A stretch of DNA of 64,000 nucleotides, from positions 2,459-66,458 of the forward strand of contig CAZWPK010000003.1 in NCBI GenBank assembly GCA_964635905.1, given 5' to 3'. Within the stretch, counting starts at the first letter, position 1, and every line of letters starts with the position of its first letter. The stretch is from an uncultured Pseudomonadales bacterium (lineage in GTDB: Bacteria > Patescibacteriota > Microgenomatia > UBA1400 > UBA12028). Below the pieces are notes generated by a model. That model had not been told where the DNA came from, did not search any database, and saw nothing but the letters and a program-made list of their open reading frames with translations. Of this stretch, positions 63,636-64,000 are shown in pieces. Made by a program: the position numbers and the translations under genes.

Positions 63636-64000
63636 TTATAAAGAGTTGGGTGGTGGATTCCCTCCAGCTAGATTATCGCGAATCCATTGATAGCGTAATG
63701 GGAAAGTTGAACTCATATCCGAGACACTACAGCCAGGCTTGGTCAGTTGAGGATAGTATTTATGCACAAAAAAGACAGCAATGGATTCGGCAAAGTCTTC
63801 TCGATCAGGAATTCCACTGCTGCCCAGTGAGTATGTACAAATTTGGCGCTCGGCGCCAACTGCCTGCAAAAATTGCTGCAGGATTGAACCTCGGGTTTGA
63901 ATCTGATGGCTAAGCTCATGGACAATAGTTCGTCGTGAATCAGTGATACTCGCGGCTACTGCTAAGTTATACATTGCAATGTTGTTCCCTGAACTGGAAC
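63636..64000 (-). CDS. Zincin metallopeptidase-domain protein, 5' end outside the window
   Basis: Frame stays open from 63974 to 64000; IVHELSH (HExxH), TYS, REDFAES. Confidence 0.72.
   Translation of the reverse strand, partial: SSSGNNIAMYNLAVAASITDSRRTIVHELSHQIQTRGSILQQFLQAVGAERQICTYSLGSSGIPDREDFAESIAVFFVHKYYPQLTKPGCSVSDMSSTFPLRYQWIRDNLAGGNPPPNSL

Noticed and set aside
1-64000. CRISPR array, rRNA, IS element or prophage
   Set aside because: No regularly spaced direct repeats, rRNA-like sequence, transposase or phage structural genes recognised.
1-64000. TGA recoding as in Gracilibacteria/Absconditabacteria
   Set aside because: Conserved genes are full length in the standard code, and TGA ends genes at expected positions (cmk, yjjX, PrgI-like).

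Overview
A 64-kb piece of a bacterial chromosome spanning the replication origin, read in the standard genetic code. Gene content points to a Patescibacteria/CPR, Microgenomates-like organism (inference from short YidC, DUF4012, a chromosomal PrgI-VirB4 and VirD4 set, and many salvage enzymes). The centre holds dnaN-dnaA / rpmH-rnpA-yidD-yidC-jag, several DnaA-box clusters and a Bacillus-type DnaA-trio unwinding element just upstream of dnaN; gene orientation largely switches there. The left arm carries a Cys-rich secreted protein missed by the ORF track, a VirD4-like ATPase, Maf, glycan enzymes, RNase J, UDG, an RnlA-like HEPN / nucleotide kinase / CPBP module, two class A PBPs flanking a GH18, and an rpiB-rpe-LOG-pfkB-cmk cluster. 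The right arm carries rnhA, DUF4012, rplY, valS, SPFH, VanW, sufCBDSU, FNR plus ferredoxin, adenosine kinase-ahcY, DsbA, SufT, a DUF1704/MATCAP-like peptidase and a PrgI-VirB4 locus with an upstream zincin. Four tRNAs are present, including the uncommon tRNA-Arg(GCG). No CRISPR array, rRNA, transposase or integrase was seen. The best candidates for new biology are the HEPN-kinase module, the split relaxase-free T4SS with candidate cargo, a pervasive -10 box 6-10 nt before start codons (leaderless-type genes), and a small conserved protein with its own structured transcription unit. All protein calls are from motif recognition by eye, not database searches.
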